Source: a virus (taxonomy: Duplodnaviria > Caudoviricetes). Taken from it: a stretch of DNA of 64,000 bases. Position numbers and translations under genes: made by a program. This document shows positions 9,394 through 17,611 of this stretch, piece by piece (the stretch's first letter is position 1; every line of letters begins with the position of its first letter). The notes under the pieces were generated by a model that was not told the DNA's origin, made no database searches, and saw only the letters and a program-made list of their open reading frames with translations. The stretch lies in IMG/VR virus record IMGVR_UViG_3300020200_003236, positions 1-64,000 of that record; one strand, written 5' to 3'.

Positions 9394-10032
9394 ATGGACT
9401 TTAATGCTATCGGTATTCCTATTGCCTTCATTTTGCTCGCAGCAATTGGCTTGTGGCTACTAATCTTTGCAAAAGGTTGGTGGGTTCTTAAAATTATCTT
9501 CACGAGCCTTTGTATTTACTTTAGTCTTGCGGTATGGTTGTCGCTTAGTCAACTTAGCGGCTGGCCCAGCAATTCCGAGATGCCTGAAATATTTTTAATC
9601 AATGGGATCGCTGTTCAAGAACCCTCGTTGACTGACTCAAGAGACAAAGGAAATATTTACATTTGGACTACAGAGTTGGACAATGATTTCAGGGCCAAGA
9701 AAACAGAAGTTTCTTCTTGGTTATCGCCTTTTGTTTCCAAGAAGCGTCCCTCAGAACCCAGAGCTTATCGTTTGCCTTACTCAGAGAAAATGAAAGAACA
9801 ATTGGCTCAGGTTTCAAAAATGATGAAAGCTGGAAAGCCCGTTGTTGGCCAACGCAATAATTTAAGTGGCGAAGGCGATGGTGAGGATAACGGCAAAGGC
9901 AAAGGCAAAGGCAAAGGCAAAGGCAAAGGCAAAGGCAAAGGCAAAGAAGGCAACAGCAATGGCGGCTCAATGAGTCAGGAACAAGATTTTATGTTCTATG
10001 AGTTGCCCCCTCCAAAGTTCCCAGACAAATAA
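9394..10032 (+). CDS. Membrane protein with a (GK)9 linker, third gene of the motor-like operon
   Basis: Two N-terminal TM segments, soluble domain, Gly/Lys repeat, Pro-rich end; 2-bp gap from the previous gene. Confidence 0.75.
   Translation: MDFNAIGIPIAFILLAAIGLWLLIFAKGWWVLKIIFTSLCIYFSLAVWLSLSQLSGWPSNSEMPEIFLINGIAVQEPSLTDSRDKGNIYIWTTELDNDFRAKKTEVSSWLSPFVSKKRPSEPRAYRLPYSEKMKEQLAQVSKMMKAGKPVVGQRNNLSGEGDGEDNGKGKGKGKGKGKGKGKGKEGNSNGGSMSQEQDFMFYELPPPKFPDK
9892..9945 (+). repeat. Perfect hexanucleotide microsatellite (GGCAAA)x9 encoding (GK)9
   Basis: Read directly from the sequence. Confidence 0.95.
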
Positions 10033-10041
10033 GGAAGCAAT

Positions 10042-10977
10042 ATGAAGCATATTGGTTTAGATTTGGTTCGTGTCACAGAAGGTGCTGCTATTGCCGCTTC
10101 TGCTTGGGTAGGAAGCGGCAATAAGCTCTTAGCCGATAGAGATGCCACTGATTCTATGCGAAGACGCCTAAACAACATGGATTTCAAAGGTGTAATCCGT
10201 ATTGGCGAAGGCAAAAAGGACCAAAGTTATGGTCTTTTTAAAGGCGAAGAAGTGGGGAATCTTCCTGCCGAATATTTTCACCATCTATCTTCCCCGCCCA
10301 AAATTTACGATATTGGTGTTGATCCTATTGACGGCACAACTCCCACGGTAACTTCTGGCCCGGAAGCCACAAGCGTAATTGCTATTTCTGAAAAGGACTC
10401 AATGTTTGATACGGAAGAGCATTATATGCTCAAGTTGGCTGTTGGCCCCATTATTCCACCGTGGAAAGCCCGACAATTGAACTTTTCTATGCCTCTTCCA
10501 GACATTTGTAATTTTGTAGCAGATGCTCTTAATAAGCCTGTTGACAAATTGATGGTTTGTATTCTCAATCGTTCACGTCACGAATTGTGGATTAAACAAA
10601 TGCGTGACTTGGGTGTGCGAATGAAATTGATTCAAGACTGTGATATAAGTGGAGCTATTGCGACCTGTCTACCAGATGGCGGCATTGATATGCAATTTGG
10701 CGTAGGTGGTGCCCCCGAAGCGGCAATAACAGCAGCAGCCATGAAATGTCTTGGCGGTTTCTTCCTTGCACAACTTTGGAATCAGAATCTATTTGGCCCA
10801 GAAATGAATCAGGATCAACTTGTTCAAGGCCCATGTGCTTTTGCAGCAACCGGGATTACAGACGGAAGTTTATTGAAGGGCGTGCGTTGGACTACACGGG
10901 GGCCAGTAACAAATAGTGTGTTTATGCGTTCTGAAAGCAGAACTGTTCGATGGCTCACAACGAATCATGGCAACTGA
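10042..10977 (+). CDS. glpX: Class II fructose-1,6-bisphosphatase
   Basis: LVRVTEGAA, IGEG, VDPIDGTT, RSRH, GGAPE, ATGITDGSLLKGV. Confidence 0.93.
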   Translation: MKHIGLDLVRVTEGAAIAASAWVGSGNKLLADRDATDSMRRRLNNMDFKGVIRIGEGKKDQSYGLFKGEEVGNLPAEYFHHLSSPPKIYDIGVDPIDGTTPTVTSGPEATSVIAISEKDSMFDTEEHYMLKLAVGPIIPPWKARQLNFSMPLPDICNFVADALNKPVDKLMVCILNRSRHELWIKQMRDLGVRMKLIQDCDISGAIATCLPDGGIDMQFGVGGAPEAAITAAAMKCLGGFFLAQLWNQNLFGPEMNQDQLVQGPCAFAATGITDGSLLKGVRWTTRGPVTNSVFMRSESRTVRWLTTNHGN

Positions 10978-12735
10978 TTATTTGGTTGTGACCGACTTGG
11001 CAAGATTTCTGGGATAATCTGGATCATAATTCTTTGCCAAAGCAATGTAGTAAGCCAAGAGTTGTATTGGAATAATTTCTGATACAATTCTTTCTATTTC
11101 TGTGCTGCCTGCTGGCACTTCTATCCAATGATCGTACAAATAATTGTACTTCTCGGCAATTCCGATGATTTTGGCTCCCCGACTTTTGACTTGCCTCCCA
11201 CTGATTTCCATGTCTGAATAAGTTTCATCACTTGGATGTAGCAGAATCACATAGGAACTTTCGTCAATGAGAGCTAGTGGGCCATGCTTTAATTCGCCGC
11301 CCGCCAAACCTTCTGCATGGATATAAGCAAGTTCTTTTATTTTCAAAGAAGCCTCGGACGCAATTGGGTGGTGTATTCCTCGACCCAGAATGTAAATGTC
11401 GCTTACATCTTTGATTTCGTAGGCAATTGCCTTAACCTTGTTTTCTTGCCTGAGAGATTGTTTGACTAAATTTGATATAGCCCCAAAATTTATGTCGCTA
11501 AACTGAATGTGGGAAGCAATTCCTGCCAATAAGAGAATTTGTGATGTAAAACTTTTGGTTGCAGCAACGCCAATCTCAGGACCACAATTGATTGGTAACA
11601 CCAAGTCCGAAATGCCTGCCAAAGTTGAAGCTGTTTTGTTGACAACGGCGATGATTTTGGCCCCGTTATGTTTTGCCATCAAAACCGTTTCTAATACATC
11701 GGCACTTTCACCACTTTGCGATATTGCCAATAACACAGACTTTTCATCGAAGTCGTGATTCAAAAATGGGCATTCACTTGAAATGATAGGCTCTACTTTT
11801 ATCTTATGTTTATTCAGAAGATATTTGCCTATCAAACAAGCATTATAGCTTGTACCACTGCCCGTGAAATATATGTTTTTGGCTGCACAAAGCATTCTGG
11901 CAGCATCGAAGGTGTTGCATTCCGGCGTATTGCATTGAATCTTTTTGACCGTATGAATTTGCTCGTGAATTTCTTTGATGGTAAAGTGGGCGTAGTCTTC
12001 TTTGTAAGCATCGGCCACTTCCCTTGAGAGTTCTACCGTCTTGTGTTTTACTTCTTTGCCTTCAAAGTTGTAAATTGTCATTCCTCGAACTTTGGGCGGT
12101 TCTATTACGGCAAACTCTTTGTTTTCAAGGTAAATGGCTTGATTTGTGTTTTCAATGAATCCCAATACATCACTTGCTACGATGTATCCTAGTGGAGCTA
12201 GACCCACAATAATTGGTTCATGGTTTCTTACTGCCACCAGCGTTTCGTCGTCAAATATGGCCAAAAAAGCATAATGTCCCTTTAAGTGCTTTACGACTTC
12301 AAGGACTGCTTTCTTTGGGTCTTGTCTTTTGACATATAAATGTGCCAAAAGATTGGCAATTATTTCACTGTCGGTATCGCTATTGTGGGCAAACCCAAAT
12401 TCAGATTTTAATTCTTCGTGATTTTCTATAATCCCGTTGTGAACGATAGCAATCTTGCCAAGCAAAGTGTCAACATGAGGATGAGCATTGCTTTCACTTA
12501 TTTCCCCATGAGTTGCCCAGCGAGTATGGCCAATTCCCACATTACCGGGCAGTTTATCAAGATTTTGTTTCCGATTAACATCTTGCACTTTACCCACGCC
12601 TCGTGCAAGATTCAGTTGTTTATCAAATGTACAAGCTCCAACACTATCGTAACCACGGTACTCCATTTTTTGAAGTCCACGCACGATAGTAGGAGCTACA
12701 TCGCTCTGAAAAGAGCAACCAATTATCGAACACAT
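10978..12735 (-). CDS. glmS: Glutamine--fructose-6-phosphate aminotransferase
   Basis: N-terminal nucleophile MCSIIG, GHTRWATHG, HNGIIEN, ISQSGESAD, EIGVAATKSFT, GELKHGP, PRNLAKSVT. Confidence 0.97.
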   Translation of the reverse strand: MCSIIGCSFQSDVAPTIVRGLQKMEYRGYDSVGACTFDKQLNLARGVGKVQDVNRKQNLDKLPGNVGIGHTRWATHGEISESNAHPHVDTLLGKIAIVHNGIIENHEELKSEFGFAHNSDTDSEIIANLLAHLYVKRQDPKKAVLEVVKHLKGHYAFLAIFDDETLVAVRNHEPIIVGLAPLGYIVASDVLGFIENTNQAIYLENKEFAVIEPPKVRGMTIYNFEGKEVKHKTVELSREVADAYKEDYAHFTIKEIHEQIHTVKKIQCNTPECNTFDAARMLCAAKNIYFTGSGTSYNACLIGKYLLNKHKIKVEPIISSECPFLNHDFDEKSVLLAISQSGESADVLETVLMAKHNGAKIIAVVNKTASTLAGISDLVLPINCGPEIGVAATKSFTSQILLLAGIASHIQFSDINFGAISNLVKQSLRQENKVKAIAYEIKDVSDIYILGRGIHHPIASEASLKIKELAYIHAEGLAGGELKHGPLALIDESSYVILLHPSDETYSDMEISGRQVKSRGAKIIGIAEKYNYLYDHWIEVPAGSTEIERIVSEIIPIQLLAYYIALAKNYDPDYPRNLAKSVTTK

Positions 12736-14816
12736 TTACTGCCTTCTCTAAGGAGTTTCTTATAGTATTCTACCTTTTCACGGAGAACATTGCGAGGGGC
12801 AACCCAATCGAGCATCTTCGCCCAAGTTTCTATTTCGTCGTCATCTTCTATTCCGTGTCTATATCGCAATCGTGTAAGGTCTGTAATGGCATCTTTGATT
12901 TTGTCGTTCATTACCATATCTGTCAGTTTTTCCATTGTTTCATCGTCAATAATTCCTTCTTCTCTTGCTTTGCCAATTTGCTCTAAGGCGTCATGTGGGC
13001 TAACATCATTGGCGTCATGTGGGCTAACATCATTGGCGTCATGTGGGCTAACATCATTGGCGTCATGTGGGCTAACATCATTGGCGTCATGTGGGCTAAC
13101 TTTATCATCGTCTAACATGCTTGTACGATATGGTCCGCCAGGTCTTTTGCCGATGCTTCCCTTGTCGCCATCTTGATCTTTTGGTGTATTTGGCGGCATA
13201 GAATCGTCTGGAATTTCTGTTGTCCTACTTGGAGTCACGGGTTCTGTACGAGTCTCGCCCGCATCGTCTGCCACGGGTTCTGTACGAGTCTCGCCCGCAC
13301 CGTCTGCCAGCTTATCTCTTTCTATTTCTACTCTAGATTTGCGGCTACGGGACAATTTTGTAACATATTCTTGTCGTAATTTTTTAGCTCTTTCGATTCT
13401 TTGTTCAAAATCTTGACGGTCTTTTATTGGATCACTATCAAGTTCGATTCTTTCTTCCCGTCTAAGTTCATTCCAAACATGGTGACGATCCCTATTGTAA
13501 AGAAGTTTAGTACGAGGATCACCAAGCCTCAATATCCACGGGAGGAATAAGCCTTTAAGTCCTTTTTTGGCAATTCTTCTTTCGTGCCCACCACCGTAGT
13601 TATTCCAAGCCGCTTTTTCACTTGGGCTTAAATTATCCCATGCACGATCACCAGTATTAGGTTTTTTATCCCAATATGATGAATAACTTGGTCCTGCTTC
13701 GCCATCTTCTTCCGGTGGGACTGTGCCGCTTTCTGGGGGCGATTCATCGTCAATTACGGCTGTACGATTCAGGTCACCCACTATACGATCAAGGGTGTCC
13801 GGGTCTGTAGCACTAGTAATGTACTTTTTGTAGGCTTCATATTTGTCGCTTGGCAATCCTCTTTCTTTGGCTTTATCGAGGTCTTCCATTGCTGTCGCAC
13901 GCTTGGCATCTATTCCACCATCTTCGGTGGGTTCTCGCTTCTCAGATTCAAACTTTGCTATCTTGGTTTCTGCTTGTTCCAAATCGTCATTGTCAATTAA
14001 CTCTTTGATTTTGTTGTATTCTTCGTCTTCAATGAAGGGGGCTAAAGCGCCTAATCTGTCTCTTAGTTGTTGTTTAGAATCAGCAACCTCATCTCCTGTG
14101 CTTTTTCTCTTTTGAATTTCTTTAATTCTCTTGAGGGCTAATTCAGGATTGGTTTTTGCAAAACCAAGAATTTGCTGATATTCTTCTTCATCAATAATGC
14201 CACTCACTTTCATTTGCTTGGCCATTTCCTCGGCTCCCTTGCGGGCACCCTCTGGGTCTTTTCCATCCCAAACTGGTTCATCAGCAGGCTTTCGTTTTGG
14301 CTTTGGCGCTGGGGCCGGTGGCGTTGCCGCTGGTGTTGCAGGAGCAGAACCGCCAGCACCATAAATATGATCTTTTACAGTTTTGACGAGCATTGTTTTA
14401 AGTTGCTCGCCCCACTGATTGATGAGCCGAATTATTGCGAGATTTTCGGTGCCCGGAATTGTGTCTTCAAGCAGAGTATCAAGCTGAGTTTCTAGCAGTC
14501 TGCAATGTTCACGAAAAAGACGATATTCCTCTATAGGAATAGTGCGCAGCATGACGTGTTCTGGGTGGACTTGTCCCAGATCGTCACCAAGTTTGTTGTT
14601 CCAGAAATAGGGATTATCTTGATTATACCTTCCCCACCACAAATTGGACATGGTGTTCTTAAATCTGTCCCATAGCCCACGTCTAGCCTGTGGGCGTGTC
14701 ATGGGGTTAATGAGAGAAGATTTCAACTGCCCAATCATCTTATCCACTTCTTGTGGAATTCGGTCCAAAAGGGCTTGAATTTTCTGGTCCAAAGCAGTGT
14801 CTTTAATTATTTGCAT
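12723..14816 (-). CDS. Large acidic, repeat-containing hypothetical protein (possible virion/internal protein)
   Basis: ORF 12723..14843; likely start MQIIKD at 14816 after an AAGGAG SD; helical repeats, DANDVSPH repeats. Confidence 0.8.
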   Translation of the reverse strand: MQIIKDTALDQKIQALLDRIPQEVDKMIGQLKSSLINPMTRPQARRGLWDRFKNTMSNLWWGRYNQDNPYFWNNKLGDDLGQVHPEHVMLRTIPIEEYRLFREHCRLLETQLDTLLEDTIPGTENLAIIRLINQWGEQLKTMLVKTVKDHIYGAGGSAPATPAATPPAPAPKPKRKPADEPVWDGKDPEGARKGAEEMAKQMKVSGIIDEEEYQQILGFAKTNPELALKRIKEIQKRKSTGDEVADSKQQLRDRLGALAPFIEDEEYNKIKELIDNDDLEQAETKIAKFESEKREPTEDGGIDAKRATAMEDLDKAKERGLPSDKYEAYKKYITSATDPDTLDRIVGDLNRTAVIDDESPPESGTVPPEEDGEAGPSYSSYWDKKPNTGDRAWDNLSPSEKAAWNNYGGGHERRIAKKGLKGLFLPWILRLGDPRTKLLYNRDRHHVWNELRREERIELDSDPIKDRQDFEQRIERAKKLRQEYVTKLSRSRKSRVEIERDKLADGAGETRTEPVADDAGETRTEPVTPSRTTEIPDDSMPPNTPKDQDGDKGSIGKRPGGPYRTSMLDDDKVSPHDANDVSPHDANDVSPHDANDVSPHDANDVSPHDALEQIGKAREEGIIDDETMEKLTDMVMNDKIKDAITDLTRLRYRHGIEDDDEIETWAKMLDWVAPRNVLREKVEYYKKLLREGSKCVR
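12987..13100 (-). repeat. 24-bp perfect tandem repeat x4.75 (DANDVSPH)
   Basis: GGCGTCATGTGGGCTAACATCATT repeated on the + strand; a 36-bp doublet (ADxAGETRTEPV) also lies at about 13237-13308. Confidence 0.95.
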
Positions 14817-14850
14817 GGCATTCTCCTTGCCATATATAGTCACGGCAAAA

Positions 14851-15312
14851 TCAATGTTGTTCGCTTATATACTCGCCAATTTTCTTTAGAGACATAAGGC
14901 AGGAGTCAAATCGGTGGAAGTCACTGGAAAGGTATTCCAGAGCCAACTCATCAAAGCGGGCAGAATCATCGCCTTCTACCTCAAAATAGATGGCTTTACC
15001 CTTTTTGCCTAAAACCTTATATTTGTGCATTAAGATAAATGCTGCGGCCCCTAAGTCCGTGACAAATCTATGGGATTTTGAAGCAAATGGGTATTCCCCA
15101 ATCTTCTTTAGGGACATAATACATGCGTCAAAGCGATGGAACTCACTAGACAGATAATCCAAAGTAAGTTGGTCAAACTTCTCGGCTGTTTGTTCATCGG
15201 CTGTAAGCAGAAAGAAGATTTCTTTCCCTTGACGACCAATCACTTTATATTCGTGCATTAAAATATAAGCGGCTGCGCCCAAGTCGCTTACACTCTTCTT
15301 ATTATTTTTCAT
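14851..15312 (-). CDS. Protein of two tandem homologous domains (DUF5659-like)
   Basis: V(S/T)DLGAAAxILMHxYKV...LxYLSSxFHRFDxCxMSLKKIGEY occurs twice. Confidence 0.75.
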   Translation of the reverse strand: MKNNKKSVSDLGAAAYILMHEYKVIGRQGKEIFFLLTADEQTAEKFDQLTLDYLSSEFHRFDACIMSLKKIGEYPFASKSHRFVTDLGAAAFILMHKYKVLGKKGKAIYFEVEGDDSARFDELALEYLSSDFHRFDSCLMSLKKIGEYISEQH

Positions 15313-15394
15313 TTTTGCCTTTCAAATTCATGGGGATATAACAATTGCCATTCCCCGTTCTCGCTTTCATACTGTTATCTTAGTCAATTTAATG

Positions 15395-16399
15395 CTATTT
15401 CGCAGCTTCTGCGGCAATTAAGCAACCACGAGCTACGCTATAAAGTGGATCGTTTGGTTTTACGACTTCTCCCACTTTAATTGATAAGTTTGCTTGCACC
15501 AGTGTATCTTTAAACAATGTTGCAAAACCATAGGGAGAAGATGTTCCTCCCGCTATCACTATGTCAACAGGGGCTTCGGTATGAACAGCTTTGTTCGCAT
15601 CGGCCAAACCCTTCTTGATACCAGCGATAGTATGTTCAATCATTAGTCGATATTGAGTTTGTATTGCACGTTCTACCAAGTTGGTTGGTGGTTTAGATAA
15701 GTCAATCTTAGTTTTTTCTTTGTTGATGAAAGTTGGTGTCTCACCAGTTGCTTTCGCAGCCTGCTTGTCAATCCAGTCGCCGCTATTCACAATGGCGAAG
15801 GTGAATACTGGCGTTCCATACATTGCATAGCAGATGTTTACCATACCGGCACCAAAGCTGATACCAATACCTGTGTATGCCTTTTTGCCTAACTCGGCAT
15901 AAACCAGAGCCAATGCCTCGTTGATTGGATTGGCATTTACTTTAAAGCCCTTGTCGGACTTGTAAGCCTTGAAGATGGCTTCTAACACCTTTTGGTGGTA
16001 GTCGGCATCCGTATCTTCGTTAATGGCATTGGCCGGTATACAGTAATAGAGTGTTTCGTTGTCTTGTTTTACATCATCTAATAGGCTGTGAACCATAATG
16101 CTCAGGATTTGGAAAGCGTCTTTTTCCTTGGGATTAACGCATCCATGAGCCATAGGTCGCTTGAGTTCCAGTTGGCTCATTGTATAAGCCATATTGACAG
16201 CAGCTTCGCCAAGGGCATAAGCGACGTTTTCACGCTCAATAAGCGGAACACCAGCATTTTTCATCATATTAAAAACAAAGCGATTTTCAAGAGGAAGCTC
16301 TAAAAAGGCATTTACTTCTCGCTTGTTCGCAAAATTGCCTTTGTCGTCTCTGCTGCAACAGACAAGGTTATATGTACCTGCGTCAAAACCTAATGCCAT
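15395..16399 (-). CDS. Actin-fold ATPase (MreB/ParM/FtsA superfamily)
   Basis: Phosphate-1 GFDAGTYNL, connect NPINEALA, phosphate-2 ISFGAGMVN, adenosine IAGGTS, C-terminal VARGC. Confidence 0.85.
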   Translation of the reverse strand: MALGFDAGTYNLVCCSRDDKGNFANKREVNAFLELPLENRFVFNMMKNAGVPLIERENVAYALGEAAVNMAYTMSQLELKRPMAHGCVNPKEKDAFQILSIMVHSLLDDVKQDNETLYYCIPANAINEDTDADYHQKVLEAIFKAYKSDKGFKVNANPINEALALVYAELGKKAYTGIGISFGAGMVNICYAMYGTPVFTFAIVNSGDWIDKQAAKATGETPTFINKEKTKIDLSKPPTNLVERAIQTQYRLMIEHTIAGIKKGLADANKAVHTEAPVDIVIAGGTSSPYGFATLFKDTLVQANLSIKVGEVVKPNDPLYSVARGCLIAAEAAK

Positions 16400-16401
16400 A
16401 A

Positions 16402-16737
16402 TTACTCCTTTTTTCCAAATTGAATTTTCGGCGAAGCCTCAAAATCCGGCACTTCCCAATTGAAGCCACTTGATTTGGACTTTTCTTTCTCTTGTTTAAC
16501 TGATTGCGCAGAAACAACCGTACTATCACCGTTCAGGTTGATATTAAGCTCCAATACAATGGAAACTTGGCATTCGCCGTTCTTAGTGATAACCTTTACT
16601 TCGTTAGGTTTTATGAGTTGTGGCAATTTTTTCTCCCAATTCACAATAATGTTGCTGCTACACCTATAGTTATACTCTATAATAGAATTTTGGCTTATTT
16701 TTCCAACGGCCACTTCTTTCCCGCAATCCCAAATCAT
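16402..16737 (-). CDS. Hypothetical protein (true start may be the TTG of LPQLIKP after GGAG)
   Basis: ORF track; internal SD-like GGAG before a TTG. Confidence 0.6.
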   Translation of the reverse strand: MIWDCGKEVAVGKISQNSIIEYNYRCSSNIIVNWEKKLPQLIKPNEVKVITKNGECQVSIVLELNINLNGDSTVVSAQSVKQEKEKSKSSGFNWEVPDFEASPKIQFGKKE

Positions 16738-16898
16738 AGTGTTGAAATTTTCTGAAATCGCACTAAAACCATGCGGTGCATGTATATGTCGCCAAGTCCG
16801 CCATTATCGTGCCAAATCAGGACTCGGTTTCTTTTTGCGTGAAACTCCTTAATGCTCAAAGGTTTCGGTTTATAGACTTTTTTGTTTAAAGAAGGCAT
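16734..16898 (-). pseudogene. 54-aa N-terminal fragment resembling a GT9 (heptosyltransferase-like) glycosyltransferase
   Basis: Hand translation MPSLNKKVYKPKPLSIKEFHAKRNRVLIWHDNGGLGDIYMHRMVLVRFQKISTL*; contains the GT9-type 'vLi....GGLGD' motif. Confidence 0.5.
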
Positions 16899-16905
16899 AC
16901 CCTAT

Positions 16906-16940
16906 AAAAGAAAAGAGCCATCGTATTTCTACGATGGCTC
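16906..16940 (-). terminator. Intrinsic terminator downstream of 16966..17553
   Basis: Perfect 11-bp stem GAGCCATCGTA-tttc-TACGATGGCTC (16915-16940) followed on the minus strand by TTTTCTTTT. Confidence 0.8.
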
Positions 16941-16965
16941 CAGATTATTCACCGTTTAAACTTGC

Positions 16966-17553
16966 TTAGCTGTTGCAAGCACTCTTGACAGAGACAAGAA
17001 CTTGAACAGTTGTTGCTCCATCGGTTTCTTCAAAATTTAACTTTGAAATCAATAGGTCGCCAGAGTTGAATACTTGTGTTTCGCCACTACCAATTGTAAT
17101 TACAGCATCTCCTACGTCATTGATGCGGCAATCAACGTCGTTAGCTCCCTTGTTGGTAATCTGTACGAATGTAGCGTAACCACCATTGTCGCCAAGAATA
17201 TCGGCCTCGTTATTATCAAATTCACTACCTGAAGCTACAACTATGTTATAGACCCGTGGGAAGGTGTTCTCTTCCGACACGTCACTGTAAACCGAACCGT
17301 CGTCGGTTACAACTTCAATGAAGGCTTCGCTGAGTGGAACTTGTGGATAGGCAAAACGCTTCCAGTAGTTGCAATCCGTGAAAGTGTCGCCGTCAAATAA
17401 CTTTCTGTATTTCTTGCCTGGACCAGCTACATAAATTGTACGCTGAATGGATGTTGTGAATTGGCTTCCTTGAGCGCCTTCAACACCTGCGTCAAAACGC
17501 TTGTCAAGCAAGCCTTGGGCTGTGTTGTTTAATTTTACTTTAAATACACTCAT
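16966..17553 (-). CDS. Hypothetical beta-rich protein (possibly structural)
   Basis: ORF 16966..17628; likely start MSVFKV at 17553 with AAAGGA SD and an upstream TATATAAA. Confidence 0.75.
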   Translation of the reverse strand: MSVFKVKLNNTAQGLLDKRFDAGVEGAQGSQFTTSIQRTIYVAGPGKKYRKLFDGDTFTDCNYWKRFAYPQVPLSEAFIEVVTDDGSVYSDVSEENTFPRVYNIVVASGSEFDNNEADILGDNGGYATFVQITNKGANDVDCRINDVGDAVITIGSGETQVFNSGDLLISKLNFEETDGATTVQVLVSVKSACNS

Positions 17554-17611
17554 TGCTATTGTTCCTTTGAATTTATTGACCTTATCTCTGCCTTTATATA
17601 TTGTGTTGCTA

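Noticed and set aside
12735-12900. glmS ribozyme upstream of glmS
   Set aside because: The glmS start overlaps the upstream gene's end, leaving no leader
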